Below, one piece after another: positions 1-11,200 of a stretch of 64,000 nt of DNA. Under the pieces are notes generated by a model. It did no database searches and had not been told where the DNA came from. It saw only the letters and a list, made by a program, of their open reading frames with translations. Every line of letters begins with the position of its first letter. The first letter of the stretch is position 1. The position numbers and the translations under genes are program-made. This DNA comes from Phoronis australis (Eukaryota > Animalia > Phoronida): positions 298,159 through 362,158 of the forward strand of contig NMRA01000391.1 of assembly GCA_002633005.1 (NCBI GenBank), in the 5' to 3' direction.

Positions 1-1281
1 GATTTATAGCTGCTGTTCTAATTGTATGATATTGATATTTACCTCACACNAAAGTTTTTATTGTATTAATTTCAAGGGCATGGAGTCTTCTACATGTCCA
101 TGTTATTATTTTTAGTTTTCTCGTGGGGGCAGCTTCGCTATAAGGGTACAGCTTACTGCTGGTTTTTCACAAGACGGAAACGTACCTCCACGAAAACAGT
201 TCCAGTGTTACCATGGTAACCGATATTGCGGTTTCGGTGCCGTTTTTACTGACATTGGTCATGAACCTATCATGTGATATCAAAATTGTTCAGAAACGAT
301 TCTGTTTGAAGCAGAAACTATGGAGTAGAAAATTTGGTCAAAAATGACTCATTCCACACCAAGAAATTGCCTCATTTTGCCCCCCAGAACACTTCCCTTC
401 TATCTCCTAAACCACCAAACTTTGTGGTGTCATACTTCACCCATTTTCTCTCATCCCTAATATGATTTATCAGACTAAACATGGATCTGAATGATTGACC
501 CCCCACCTTGCCGCTTGTTGGCTGTACTGTGGTCAGTGGATCCGTGGACTGATACTTAAAGCCTCAATTTTCTGTTTTGACGGCATCTTATTCAAAAACA
601 AGCCCTTTTTGTCTGGAGAACAACATCGATAGCATAGTGTCTGTTTCATTTGAGTCTGATAAGCTATTTTTGAGATATCGTGTTGGCAAAATTTGAAATT
701 TCATCACTCGTAACCATAAAGTAAAACATCAACTTTTTACCTGGAGGTAAAGTACAGCATGAAGAGCTAAACCATTAATGGGCAGGCAAATTTGGACTTA
801 AAATTTACGGCTTAAAAATAAAAGTGATATGACATTCGATTGCCAATCACAAAAGAAAGGCCCGACTTAGACATCATCGTACCAAAATGAACAACAAAAA
901 AATTGTAAAAATAAAATAAAAGCAGTTTACGCCTTTCTTGCTCCTGCTGTGGTTGCACTCAAGCGTGGATTTCGATCGACGAAACGGTACTTGCCACTGG
1001 GCCGGCCTGGCTGGGAAGCGTACAAGGTAGCGTTCAGGTGTGATGATCTCATCGATCACTTGGTCCGCCCATCTGCTGGCAGCTCGACCATTGCCTGCTG
1101 TTTCTCACTGCATTTAAACACCGCCAAAGTAGCCGTTTATTCGAAAATAATCATGTAAGGAAACGCCCAACCACGTTACACGGTGACCATAGATGCACGA
1201 CAAAAAGAAGAATATTGTCGAGTCACTACCGTAATTGATGCGGGCTGGAATAGTTTCAGAGATTATGCCAACACAATGAAA

Positions 1282-1329
1282 TATGGTATATTATGTGATA
1301 CTAATTATGGTATATTATGTGATACTAAT
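1282..1329. repeat. 24-bp tandem duplication
   Basis: tatggtatattatgtgatactaat x2. Confidence 0.95.
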
Positions 1330-2189
1330 TGACAGAAATCTTTTCAAAGGTCTTTTAAACACATGCTTTGCTAATTTTTTAACTTTTTGAATAGAATGAA
1401 CTAAACAAGTCGAAAAGCGTACTAGATAAATATTCTAGGTCCAGAGCGGAAGTACATTGAAAAGTGCCTCAACAAACAACAAATTTAAAAGCGTAAGGTA
1501 TGGTTTTACAGCTTTTTTTGTTACAAATTCAAATGAAATATCAAAAGTGACCTGTGACTAAAAGTTAAGAAGTTGTGTTTTTACAACTGAAAACAATTAA
1601 GCTAAACTAATAAAGCTTTGTGATCAATCAATTGACAGTGTACACAGATCATACAATGGGGCTCATTTATCTTATGCTGATAAACCCACTGAAATCTTTT
1701 GTGCACTACATGGCACTTCGCTTTTTGGAAAACGCGGCACTTTCGAACTTTACTTCACCAGGCACTGCTGCGACTTGTCTCCATTAAAATGAGTAATTGT
1801 GAATAGCAACTCCGCTACAACTGGGCTGATAGCAGAGATTGTTAAGTCCACTCCATTAATATTGTGTCTGAAGTCACCCATTGAAGTGTGTATTATCTGC
1901 GATTGGTAAACATATTTTGGGTGTTTTGATCAAGTTAGTTCGTTCTTAAAATTTCACACACGGACAGTACTAGGAACCGTTAATTAGTTTCTAAGTTCAG
2001 GATGTTCCTCCACAAACTTGTTTTATTTCAGTTTTGGGTTGACAATTTTTGATCTTTGAACTTTCGGGCAATGGTGATTTAAAACCTAGAGTAATCAGTG
2101 GTAGTTACCAGTTTGGAGTATCTTATTCTGTCAATCAGAAATGGTTGCTAGATAACATTCTAAACTTGACTGTGTTGTTTTGTTCACAG

Positions 2190-2291
2190 GTTGTACAAGT
2201 ACCCGAATGGTCAACCTTATTTCTCAACATATTTTGATGCTGTCTGGGACCTGTATGTTCTTGTTACCACAGCCAATGATCCGGATGTAAT
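2190..2291 (+). CDS. TPCN3: TPC3 exon: domain I pore helix and filter (LYKYPNGQPYFSTYFDAVWDLYVLVTTANDPDV)
   Basis: Acceptor tgttcacag|G, donor AT|gtatgt; TTANxPDVM motif. Confidence 0.92.
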
Positions 2292-5200
2292 GTATGTTGA
2301 TTATAAAACCTTTCCATCCTAATCATTGTACAATCCTGAACAAGTACAAGCGTTAACTTGTCTTTTTTCATGACTGGAAATTACTGATCCAAAACAGAAT
2401 TTGCCATTTGCTTAGTGTGCATGTCTCAAGATAAAAATTACGACATTAATTATGTATGCACATGATTATCTCTCGTTTCAGGTAATTCAGTTATGAAATG
2501 TTGGCAATCTTGATTTACACAGCACATTCATATAATCTGGATTATGCTTTGCTAAATACTCGCTTTACAAGATAATCTCCTGAGAACCAACAAACACTAA
2601 TGATGAAGAACTGTTTCAGGATGCCAGCGTATAACAAGAACAACTGGTATGCGCTCTACTTCATGTCTTACTTGGTCATTACTCTGTATATCTTCATGAG
2701 TATCTTACTGGCCGTCATTTACAACAATTACAGGAAACACCTCAAGGTAATCTGTCAGTGTCATGTCTCTGAACAATAACTTAACTCTCAGACATTACTA
2801 ACTTCACCTATTACCGTTGACTCGATGACTGTTTGAAGCGTGTAACATTTCACTTAAAGGTGCATTTTCTCAGTGCTTAACTGCCAAAAACAAAAAAAAT
2901 GAATGAACCCATTTAAGCTCGTAAAATAAGTCTCATGATATTTTATAGAGTAATGGAATTTCTATTAGCAATATGAACATTGAAGCTGTCAGTGACTCAA
3001 CAAAATATCTCAGAGTTTATTCTGGTTCGCCAACCCTAAAATTGCAAATTTCAAAATGGTGCATGTATGCATTGCTTGTGACTTGAGTTATGGGCTTATG
3101 TGGCAACAATTCAGGATCAGGTGAGCTGGGTAAACCCCAAAGCGCGTTGTTTTGGAATTTGTCTTTAATAGCCTAACAGCAGTAAAAGGCTTTTTAGATT
3201 ATTTAGCTAAATGCTTTTCTCTGCGTGTGTGTGTTTTTAGAATGAGGTAAAGGCAGCAGTATACATGAAGCGCAGAAAACTTGCCGAAGCGTTTGAATGT
3301 CTGAAGTGTGTTCAGGATGGCAAGGACGTGATCACGGAGGAGCGCTGGTTTGAATTGATGAAGTTTGTACTGCCAGGAAGAAGACAAGAAGAGATGGAGA
3401 TATTACTCTGCGTCATTGATGAAAGTGGGGACGGATATATTGGTAGTTATTATTATTGAAATCGTCGCATATGGTTAAACTCTACAGAACAGGAAGTTAG
3501 TCACTAAGGGAGGGGCAGCATTGTTTTTGCGCATTCAGGTGCCATCACAAATTTGATAATTATGGACTTTGACAGCTTCATGAAATTGTACACATGCAAG
3601 GCTGTCATTCAAAAACTGTTCACTTTAACAATTGGCTGTTATTATCTAGTGAAGTTAGGAGTCTTTTGAATTATTTAGGTTTTGCCTTTGTACTGATTGG
3701 TGTTCAGTGACTATTTAACTAATCCAGAACTTGTTGATTTTTCAGTGAAGAAAGACTTCCTGAACGTGGCTGACCTACTAAACGTTGAACTCTCCGAGGT
3801 CCATGAGCGTCGGACACTGATTGAACACTACCTTCCTAACCTGTACTTCTCAGCTGGCAGTGAAATAGTCAAGATGGTAGTCAAACACAAGTGAGTGTAG
3901 CAGACATGCTACTGAGGAAGTGACAATACAACAGTGGTTGTAATATTCTGACATAATGTATCCAGAATATCTTGTGTCAAATAATTTACTGGTCAATAAA
4001 AGGTTTAACATTTATATATGGTAGGTGAATGATACAAGAAGCTAATAACCATGACTAAATAAGGCTTGAGATATTACCAGTAAACAAGAATATTCTCAGA
4101 AAACCTATTAGACTGAGTAACAGGATATTCAAGGATTATAGTACATCATTATTTGTCAAATTTCATGTGCCATCGTCAAAGTTATGGCAAAAGTTGTAAA
4201 AGCCAGAAATCGTGAGAAAGTTAATCATGAGTCTTTGAAAGTTGTTAAATCTTGATCTGAAATTGTGTCGATATTTCAAGTGGAACACACTAATTTTGTA
4301 AACTTTTAGGAAAACCATTGTAGACTTTTTATTACTGACTGTCTATTATTTAAAACATTTAAATTTCTCTTATACACATTATAGTTTTTCCACACTTGAC
4401 TTATGTGGCCTCGTCTTATTTTCTCAAAGTTATTGCAAAAATACTTAAATCTTTAAGTTGTGTTGTGCCAGAATTCTCATCTAAAACAAACATTTTCGAA
4501 ATTCTTGATATTTTGTTTGCCAGCAGTGTGTTTACAGAACAACTGTCATGAAACAAACTGTATCTTGGTACGAACTTTTTTATTAATTGTAGGGAGGTAG
4601 ACATAAAAAAGTGACACTGTTGGTAATTGTTTTGTGCAACAAAAACCAGATTTTTATGGTATTTACCAATTTAACACTATGGTATAGACACATCTCACCA
4701 ATTTAGGACAACTAATTTAAGTTTATTTTCTCATTTTTTCAAGATACTTTGCATCAAATCCATGTTCGGTCATGTCACCAACTTTTGAAAAAATGGTCAT
4801 TCACAACAACATTCAAAGACATTGAAAAACGAGAAAAGAGCAACATTGCCATTTGTTTTTGTCCAAAATAGGTGAGATTTTACCATAAATATTCCAGATT
4901 AGAGCGCGCAGTTTTCAAAATATAAATTTCAATCTGGCCTGCTGCTAAGCATTCCCAGCAGCCTTTTGTCCTGCAGCCACATCTGTTGACACACAAACCA
5001 GTTATCTACCACACTTCAGAGTTACTATGAAGTCATTGCTTATGCAACAATTGCTCAGCTTTACTATAGAGTAATTACTGTACAAGTCATTGTTAAGGCG
5101 ATAATTGTTCTACTTCACATCTCAAAGGGAACTTGGATTAGTTTAATATGTGATATTGTAGGTCTTACTAGCTGTTCTTGTACTGGTCTTATCTCCATTA

Positions 5201-8200
5201 AAGTACAAGGTACCACAGAACGGGCTGGGTTTCGAATAAAATCCAATGCAACTTTTTTAGTTATTTTTCTCTCAACACGTCACCAGCTCATCCACTGGCA
5301 TTGTTTTTACTTATTAGGTTCTTCCGTTACTTCTTTGACCTGATGATCGTTGTCAATGCTTTCTTCATCGGATTCGATGTTCAGGAGGCTGAGTGGTTCT
5401 TTCTGGTCCTCTTCTCTTTAGAGATCATCCTCAAGATGTACACGTTTGGTCTGTGGAGGTTCTTCTCGGCACTATGGAATGTGTGAGTACTGACTTGTTA
5501 CCCATGTATTCTTATACAGCCTGACTAAACCACACTAGCTATACATTGGCTATTCAGAAACCACAAGGGGTAATAAAATAAATCTTCTCACCCAGGACCA
5601 CAAACTTTTTGTTAATCTGTGTTTTCTTAGACAGGTCAACTGAGACAGTTGTATGACTTTGGAGCAGGGTTCTCAAAATCTGCTTTCACTGACCTTGCTT
5701 GTCAATTTCAAAAGGCCTTTTGTATTTGAACGACGTCCATAATTTACAACCATCAGTAAAATAAAATTCTGAGCCATTACCCCTCCAAGCCCAAAATGAT
5801 GCCTCTTGTATTCAGTGTGTCGTGAACAGCCTAATGATAACATGGGGGTTGTCTGTTATATTTATTGTCTGTCTGAGGTTAAGAGTTGGTGATGTCAACT
5901 GTATCTTCATCATTACGGTAGATTAAAGCTGCGTTTTCTGTTCAGCTGGTTTAAAACCAAAAATCGAAGGCCTTTTCCTCACATATAATCAGTCTCCTAA
6001 TATGCGTTACCGTGATAGGATTCTATTTCTGTTTCCAACACAGTCACAGGCAATGCATACATGCGCCATTTTGGAATTTGCAATTATATGGTTACCACAA
6101 TAAAGTCTGAAGCATTTTTTCTTGAGCCACTGATGATTTTGTTGTTAACAGATTGAATACATTCACAGTAATATCAATTTTATGGGAGTGAAAGGCCCAA
6201 TTCGATTTTCAGGTTTTAACCCTGCAGTTACACAGGGTGAAATCATAGGTTATAGATAACAGAGTCGCAACTCCAACATTTTCTTTTGTACTATCCCAGA
6301 GGAGGCGCTACTCTCCTAAATTACCAATTTCATTTTCTGGTTTGTGTGTTGTGACGGGAAATTCTCGCTGTCCAGTACAATGAAAATAAAAATAATTTCG
6401 GCATTGAAACGCTGTTCAAAGTCTTCCAATAATTGAACTGTTGGTATCGTGAGTACTTTTGGCACCCAACCACACAACAGGCAACCCTGATTAGCATACG
6501 ACATACTTCTGGAAGTAAAACTTGCTAATTTTACCAGGCGTTGCCAGTGAAAAATGACATCATGGCTTATGCGTAAGATCACAGATTTCGTCCATTGACA
6601 ATATACGGAGTTGGCGGTCCATGTACTGTTGTCTATGGTGAAAAAGAGCTTTAACTGTTATTCTTAGCTAATTTGATTATGTAAAGTTTTGATGGCTATT
6701 TTGGTTAGTCATTAAATGTGTTAGTTCCAAAATGGATCCTGTAGTGTCGTATGTCCTCCATTATCGTGGGTCCCTTGAGATTATCTTGTTCACCTTTGAA
6801 AGCATGACATCAATGACACTACAGACTGGGCCATAAAAAGTTGATAGTTTCAGTGAACACAGAATAGGTGATATAAATCTCAAAGCAATGGATGTGCAAC
6901 AATAGTTTTGTGATTTATTATTTCTGAATCTCCAAGCCCTCATATTGAAACAACTGCAACTTACTGACTAATTCTCATTTAATTCACAGTGCAGTTTTTG
7001 TTGGTTCCTATAGGTTTGACTTTTTGGTCATTGGCGCAGCTCTCGTCGCTTCCATTGTTGAAGCCTGTATTGGAGAATGTAAGTAGATGATGTGACAACC
7101 AGCAATTATTTTGCAAATCCTGCTACTTTTCATTAGTTTTAAACTTCAAAATTAATTTTGATTCAACATCTATATTAAATTGTTTGAAAAAGATACTAAA
7201 AGAGCTAAATTTAACTCTGCTGTTTAAAATGAAGTTTAATAGACAAATAGTACATTAATTTAGTACCAGTTTGTTAACATCCATGACAACTGCAAAAGAT
7301 CATTATGACACGTCATGCCAGTCCTTTTTGTTCATATGAAAGCCATGTCCTGCTGCCAGATTGTGGGCCCTTTATATGATCTGAGGTACGTACAACAAAG
7401 CGAGTGCCTTGCTTGTGTTACATAAGTCCTAGCTGGTGTTTTGCAAGTAAAAAGTACATAGCAAACAGTAGCATCAATAACATGACTTTGACCAAATTTG
7501 CTTCAACGTAAATCTTCAAGATGAAATCTCAAAAATGCTACAGTTTTTAAGTCATTCTGTTATCGTTTTATGCAAATTGAATTTTTTCTTAAAAACCATG
7601 AAAGTTACATTTTTAATAAACCCTCTTGCAAAAGTGGATCGATTTAAAAACAATTGCTAACAATGCTTTTGAGAACAGTGCATTAAGCACAGCATTTGAA
7701 AGTGTCATGTGAATCCCATCAGCCATTTCTGAGATCTGATGTTTAAAACTTAACCAAATTTTGGCATTTTTCTGGGGACCTACATAACATTAAAGCCCCA
7801 TCAAAAATCATCGATGAAGACCAATGTCATGGTTCTTGTTTTGCAGTGGATACCTTTATTGTTGTTTTTTTTTGTTCTGTTTTTTTTTCAATACCTCGAG
7901 TTAGCATTCTTGATTTCTCATCACTCCATACACTGCATTGAATGTATAGATTGTTTCAACCAGAGGATTGACCGCCACTTAGTGCTTTTTGTAGTTTCAT
8001 GCTATGAACATTCCCACTAAATAAGATTGGTTCTAACCCCAGTGGTTAAGGTAAACGGCGGGGTACAGAAAATTGAACTAGACCGTATTTATCCACCTTG
8101 GCTGAGTCGCGCTCGGCTCACGATCAAAGGGATGCCGCCGAGCTGCTCTAGTCATCGAATCACGAACGAGGATAATTGGCTTCGCTCATGCGGATATGAT

Positions 8201-11200
8201 CAGCTGATTAAAATCTAGCTAGCAGACTGTACTTTTTATGGAGAGAGTTTTATGTAGTTTTTACTGTAATATTTGAAAAGAGGAGCGAAAACAAATATGA
8301 GTACAACTTTGAATTTTTCAAATCGGCCCAGGATAAGAGATTTTGCAACACAGCAACACTCATGATTACTTTCATTCGGCGCGCACTAATACAAAAATAT
8401 AGGANNNNNNNNNNNNNNNNNNNNNNNNNNNNNNNNNNNNNNNNNNNNNNNNNNNNNNNNNNNNNNNNNNNNNNNNNNNNNNNNNNNNNNNNNNNNNNNN
8501 NNNNNNNNNNNNNNNNNNNNNNNNNNNNNNNNNNNNNNNNNNNNNNNNNNNNNNNNNNNNNNNNNNNNNNNNNNNNNNNNNNNNNNNNNNNNNNNNNNNN
8601 NNNNNNNNNNNNNNNNNNNNNNNNNNNNNNNNNNNNNNNNNNNNNNNNNNNNNNNNNNNNNNNNNNNNNNNNNNNNNNNNNNNNNNNNNNNNNNNNNNNN
8701 NNNNNNNNNNNNNNNNNNNNNNNNNNNNNNNNNNNNNNNNNNNNNNNNNNNNNNNNNNNNNNNNNNNNNNNNNNNNNNNNNNNNNNNNNNNNNNNNNNNN
8801 NNNNNNNNNNNNNNNNNNNNNNNNNNNNNNNNNNNNNNNNNNNNNNNNNNNNNNNNNNNNNNNNNNNNNNNNNNNNNNNNNNNNNNNNNNNNNNNNNNNN
8901 NNNNNNNNNNNNNNNNNNNNNNNNNNNNNNNNNNNNNNNNNNNNNNNNNNNNNNNNNNNNNNNNNNNNNNNNNNNNNNNNNNNNNNNNNNNNNNNNNNNN
9001 NNNNNNNNNNNNNNNNNNNNNNNNNNNNNNNNNNNNNNNNNNNNNNNNNNTGCCGTAGGCTCACTACAATAAGCGTCCCCTCCCCGTGAAATGAATTTTT
9101 CTAAGCGTTTGTTTGAGCCAATACAGTATACAGCTTTCCACCAAGGCTAGGTGATGCAAGACATTATTCTTTGTTGCATTATAGTAACTGGTCTTGGCTA
9201 ATTATCATTTTATGGCCTGGTCATCCATTCAGCCAAAAGTAGTTCCAGAGGTGGCTTATCAGCCAATTATTCACGCATGCTGACTCACAATAGAAGCCTG
9301 ATAAGAGTGAAGGTGGATAAATGCGGTGTTCCTACAGTTTCGTGTTTTAGTGGATGTGTTCACGACATGTGAAATTTGTGACCAGCTTGATCTAATTCAC
9401 GCAGCATGTGGGACTTAAATAAAAAATGTCACTTCTTGTGTCAAGTGTTTATCAAAATTGCCTTTTCTGATCAGATTGACGATGTACCTAACAGTTGGTC
9501 TGTGTGCTGTGAATCCCTAGCAGTATTTGTTATTAAACGAGATAGTCAGATGAAATTATTTTTTACGCACACAAAAAGGCTAATTATTTAAAAACCCACA
9601 ATCGTCACGTGATTTTGGTTGAATAAATGAAATTCAATTACGTTGCCACCGATTTGTATCTTGCTAGTGACTTCGTAACATTTACTGAATGCACCCTGAT
9701 CTGAGTGTCTTTTCAAGGTGCTGGCGTCTGTTTCATGATATGCGACTTAAAAGACTGAAGTCACAAATTTGTTCTTACGCTCCACACAACTATTCCTGAA
9801 AAGTAATTGAGTCTCACTTAAGGAAAAATGCAAAGTGTCTAAGAAAATACACAAATAAATGCTAGTCGCTTACTTTATTCATTCCAGGCCTGGCTTTTCA
9901 GAATCCATAGGGGTTAATAACACAATTATTATCTTATCAGCCGGGGACCATAAACCCTTTGTTAAGCTGTGTTTACTTGCATGGGCCAACTGGGACAGTT
10001 GTATGACTAAGAGCAGGGATCAGAAAGAACTGCTTGCACTGACCTTGCATTTCAATATCCAAAGGCCTATCATGTGAATGACTCCTGTGATTTACAACAA
10101 AGTCCCTCCTCCCCCACAAAATTCTAAGCTACTACCCCTTGCAAGCCCAAAATGTTCCTACCGTTATTTCTAGATTGTGATGCGACTCATAATTACTTGG
10201 CTCAACCTTTTTGCAGCAAGTGTGATGTGGGAGCATAAAATGTTTTGTTTTGAGTCTTAAGTCACTTTCATGAAAGAGACCCCTGCTGGCCTTTATTCTG
10301 ATTGTTGGCACATTACAGTTTCTGAAGAAGACCTCACCATGGACATTTTACTGGTGTTGAGAGCACTAAGATTAATCAAATTTGTCGCTAATATAGACAG
10401 GTATCTATCTTTATTAACAATAAGGTGGTACATGTACCATACAGACTGGAAAACATGGCGTCCCACTCTGAGTAACATGATGGACGTTCCCTCATTCGAA
10501 TGCAAAGGAAAGGCTAGAAACTTTTTGGTGTTTACTAGTCTAAGATTACAAGTCACCAGTTGTTAGTCCCCTGGCTTTTACCGTGTTGTGCATTCACCTC
10601 CGTTATGTGGCAGCTGGCATACTATCGGTTTCAAGCATTGTGTTGCGTTCATGTTCACAGAGTAAATACAATGACCGACTCAAGACTGAACACAGCCTGT
10701 GTTTAATAGCGAGATGGTCATTTGATGTTTGTTCTGTGAAATAGAATGCTGTTGAAATGACAGTCACGCTAACTAGATCATTTCTGTGATGTTGCAATGC
10801 ATTACACAGGTATAGTTAACCAGGGTGAGGGAAATTATGTTTAAGATAACTCAGTGATTTGTAATTTAGTCAAAACAACACCAAATGCTGGCTTCTCTCT
10901 TTAGTGCTGCTATTGTCTCACGTGCCGTCAAAAAACTAACTTTTTACGTTAGACTAGTGCTGTTACCACTACTAAACTGATCTCTACCTGTTTGTGTAAC
11001 TCTGAAGAGAAGTATTCTCTGAGCTTAGAAAAACTGTTCTTACCAAGCCTTGAAATGCACTTTTCATTTGAATAAGGAATGGTTTACAACCAATTACATA
11101 TCGGTATGTAAAAAGTTAGTTTTTGTCGCGGAAAGTGGGTGTCATAGCCTTAAAGACTATTTCTGGCCCCCAAAACTCTCAGTCTCCACCAGTCTGTATT

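Noticed and set aside
8362-9072. 236 aa and 230 aa ORFs
   Set aside because: Artefacts of the N gap.
10401-10412. Exon A donor gtatctatc as a U12 site that would enforce exclusivity by spliceosome incompatibility
   Set aside because: It deviates from GTATCCTT, and no TCCTTAAC-like branch point precedes the acceptors at 11500 or 14636.
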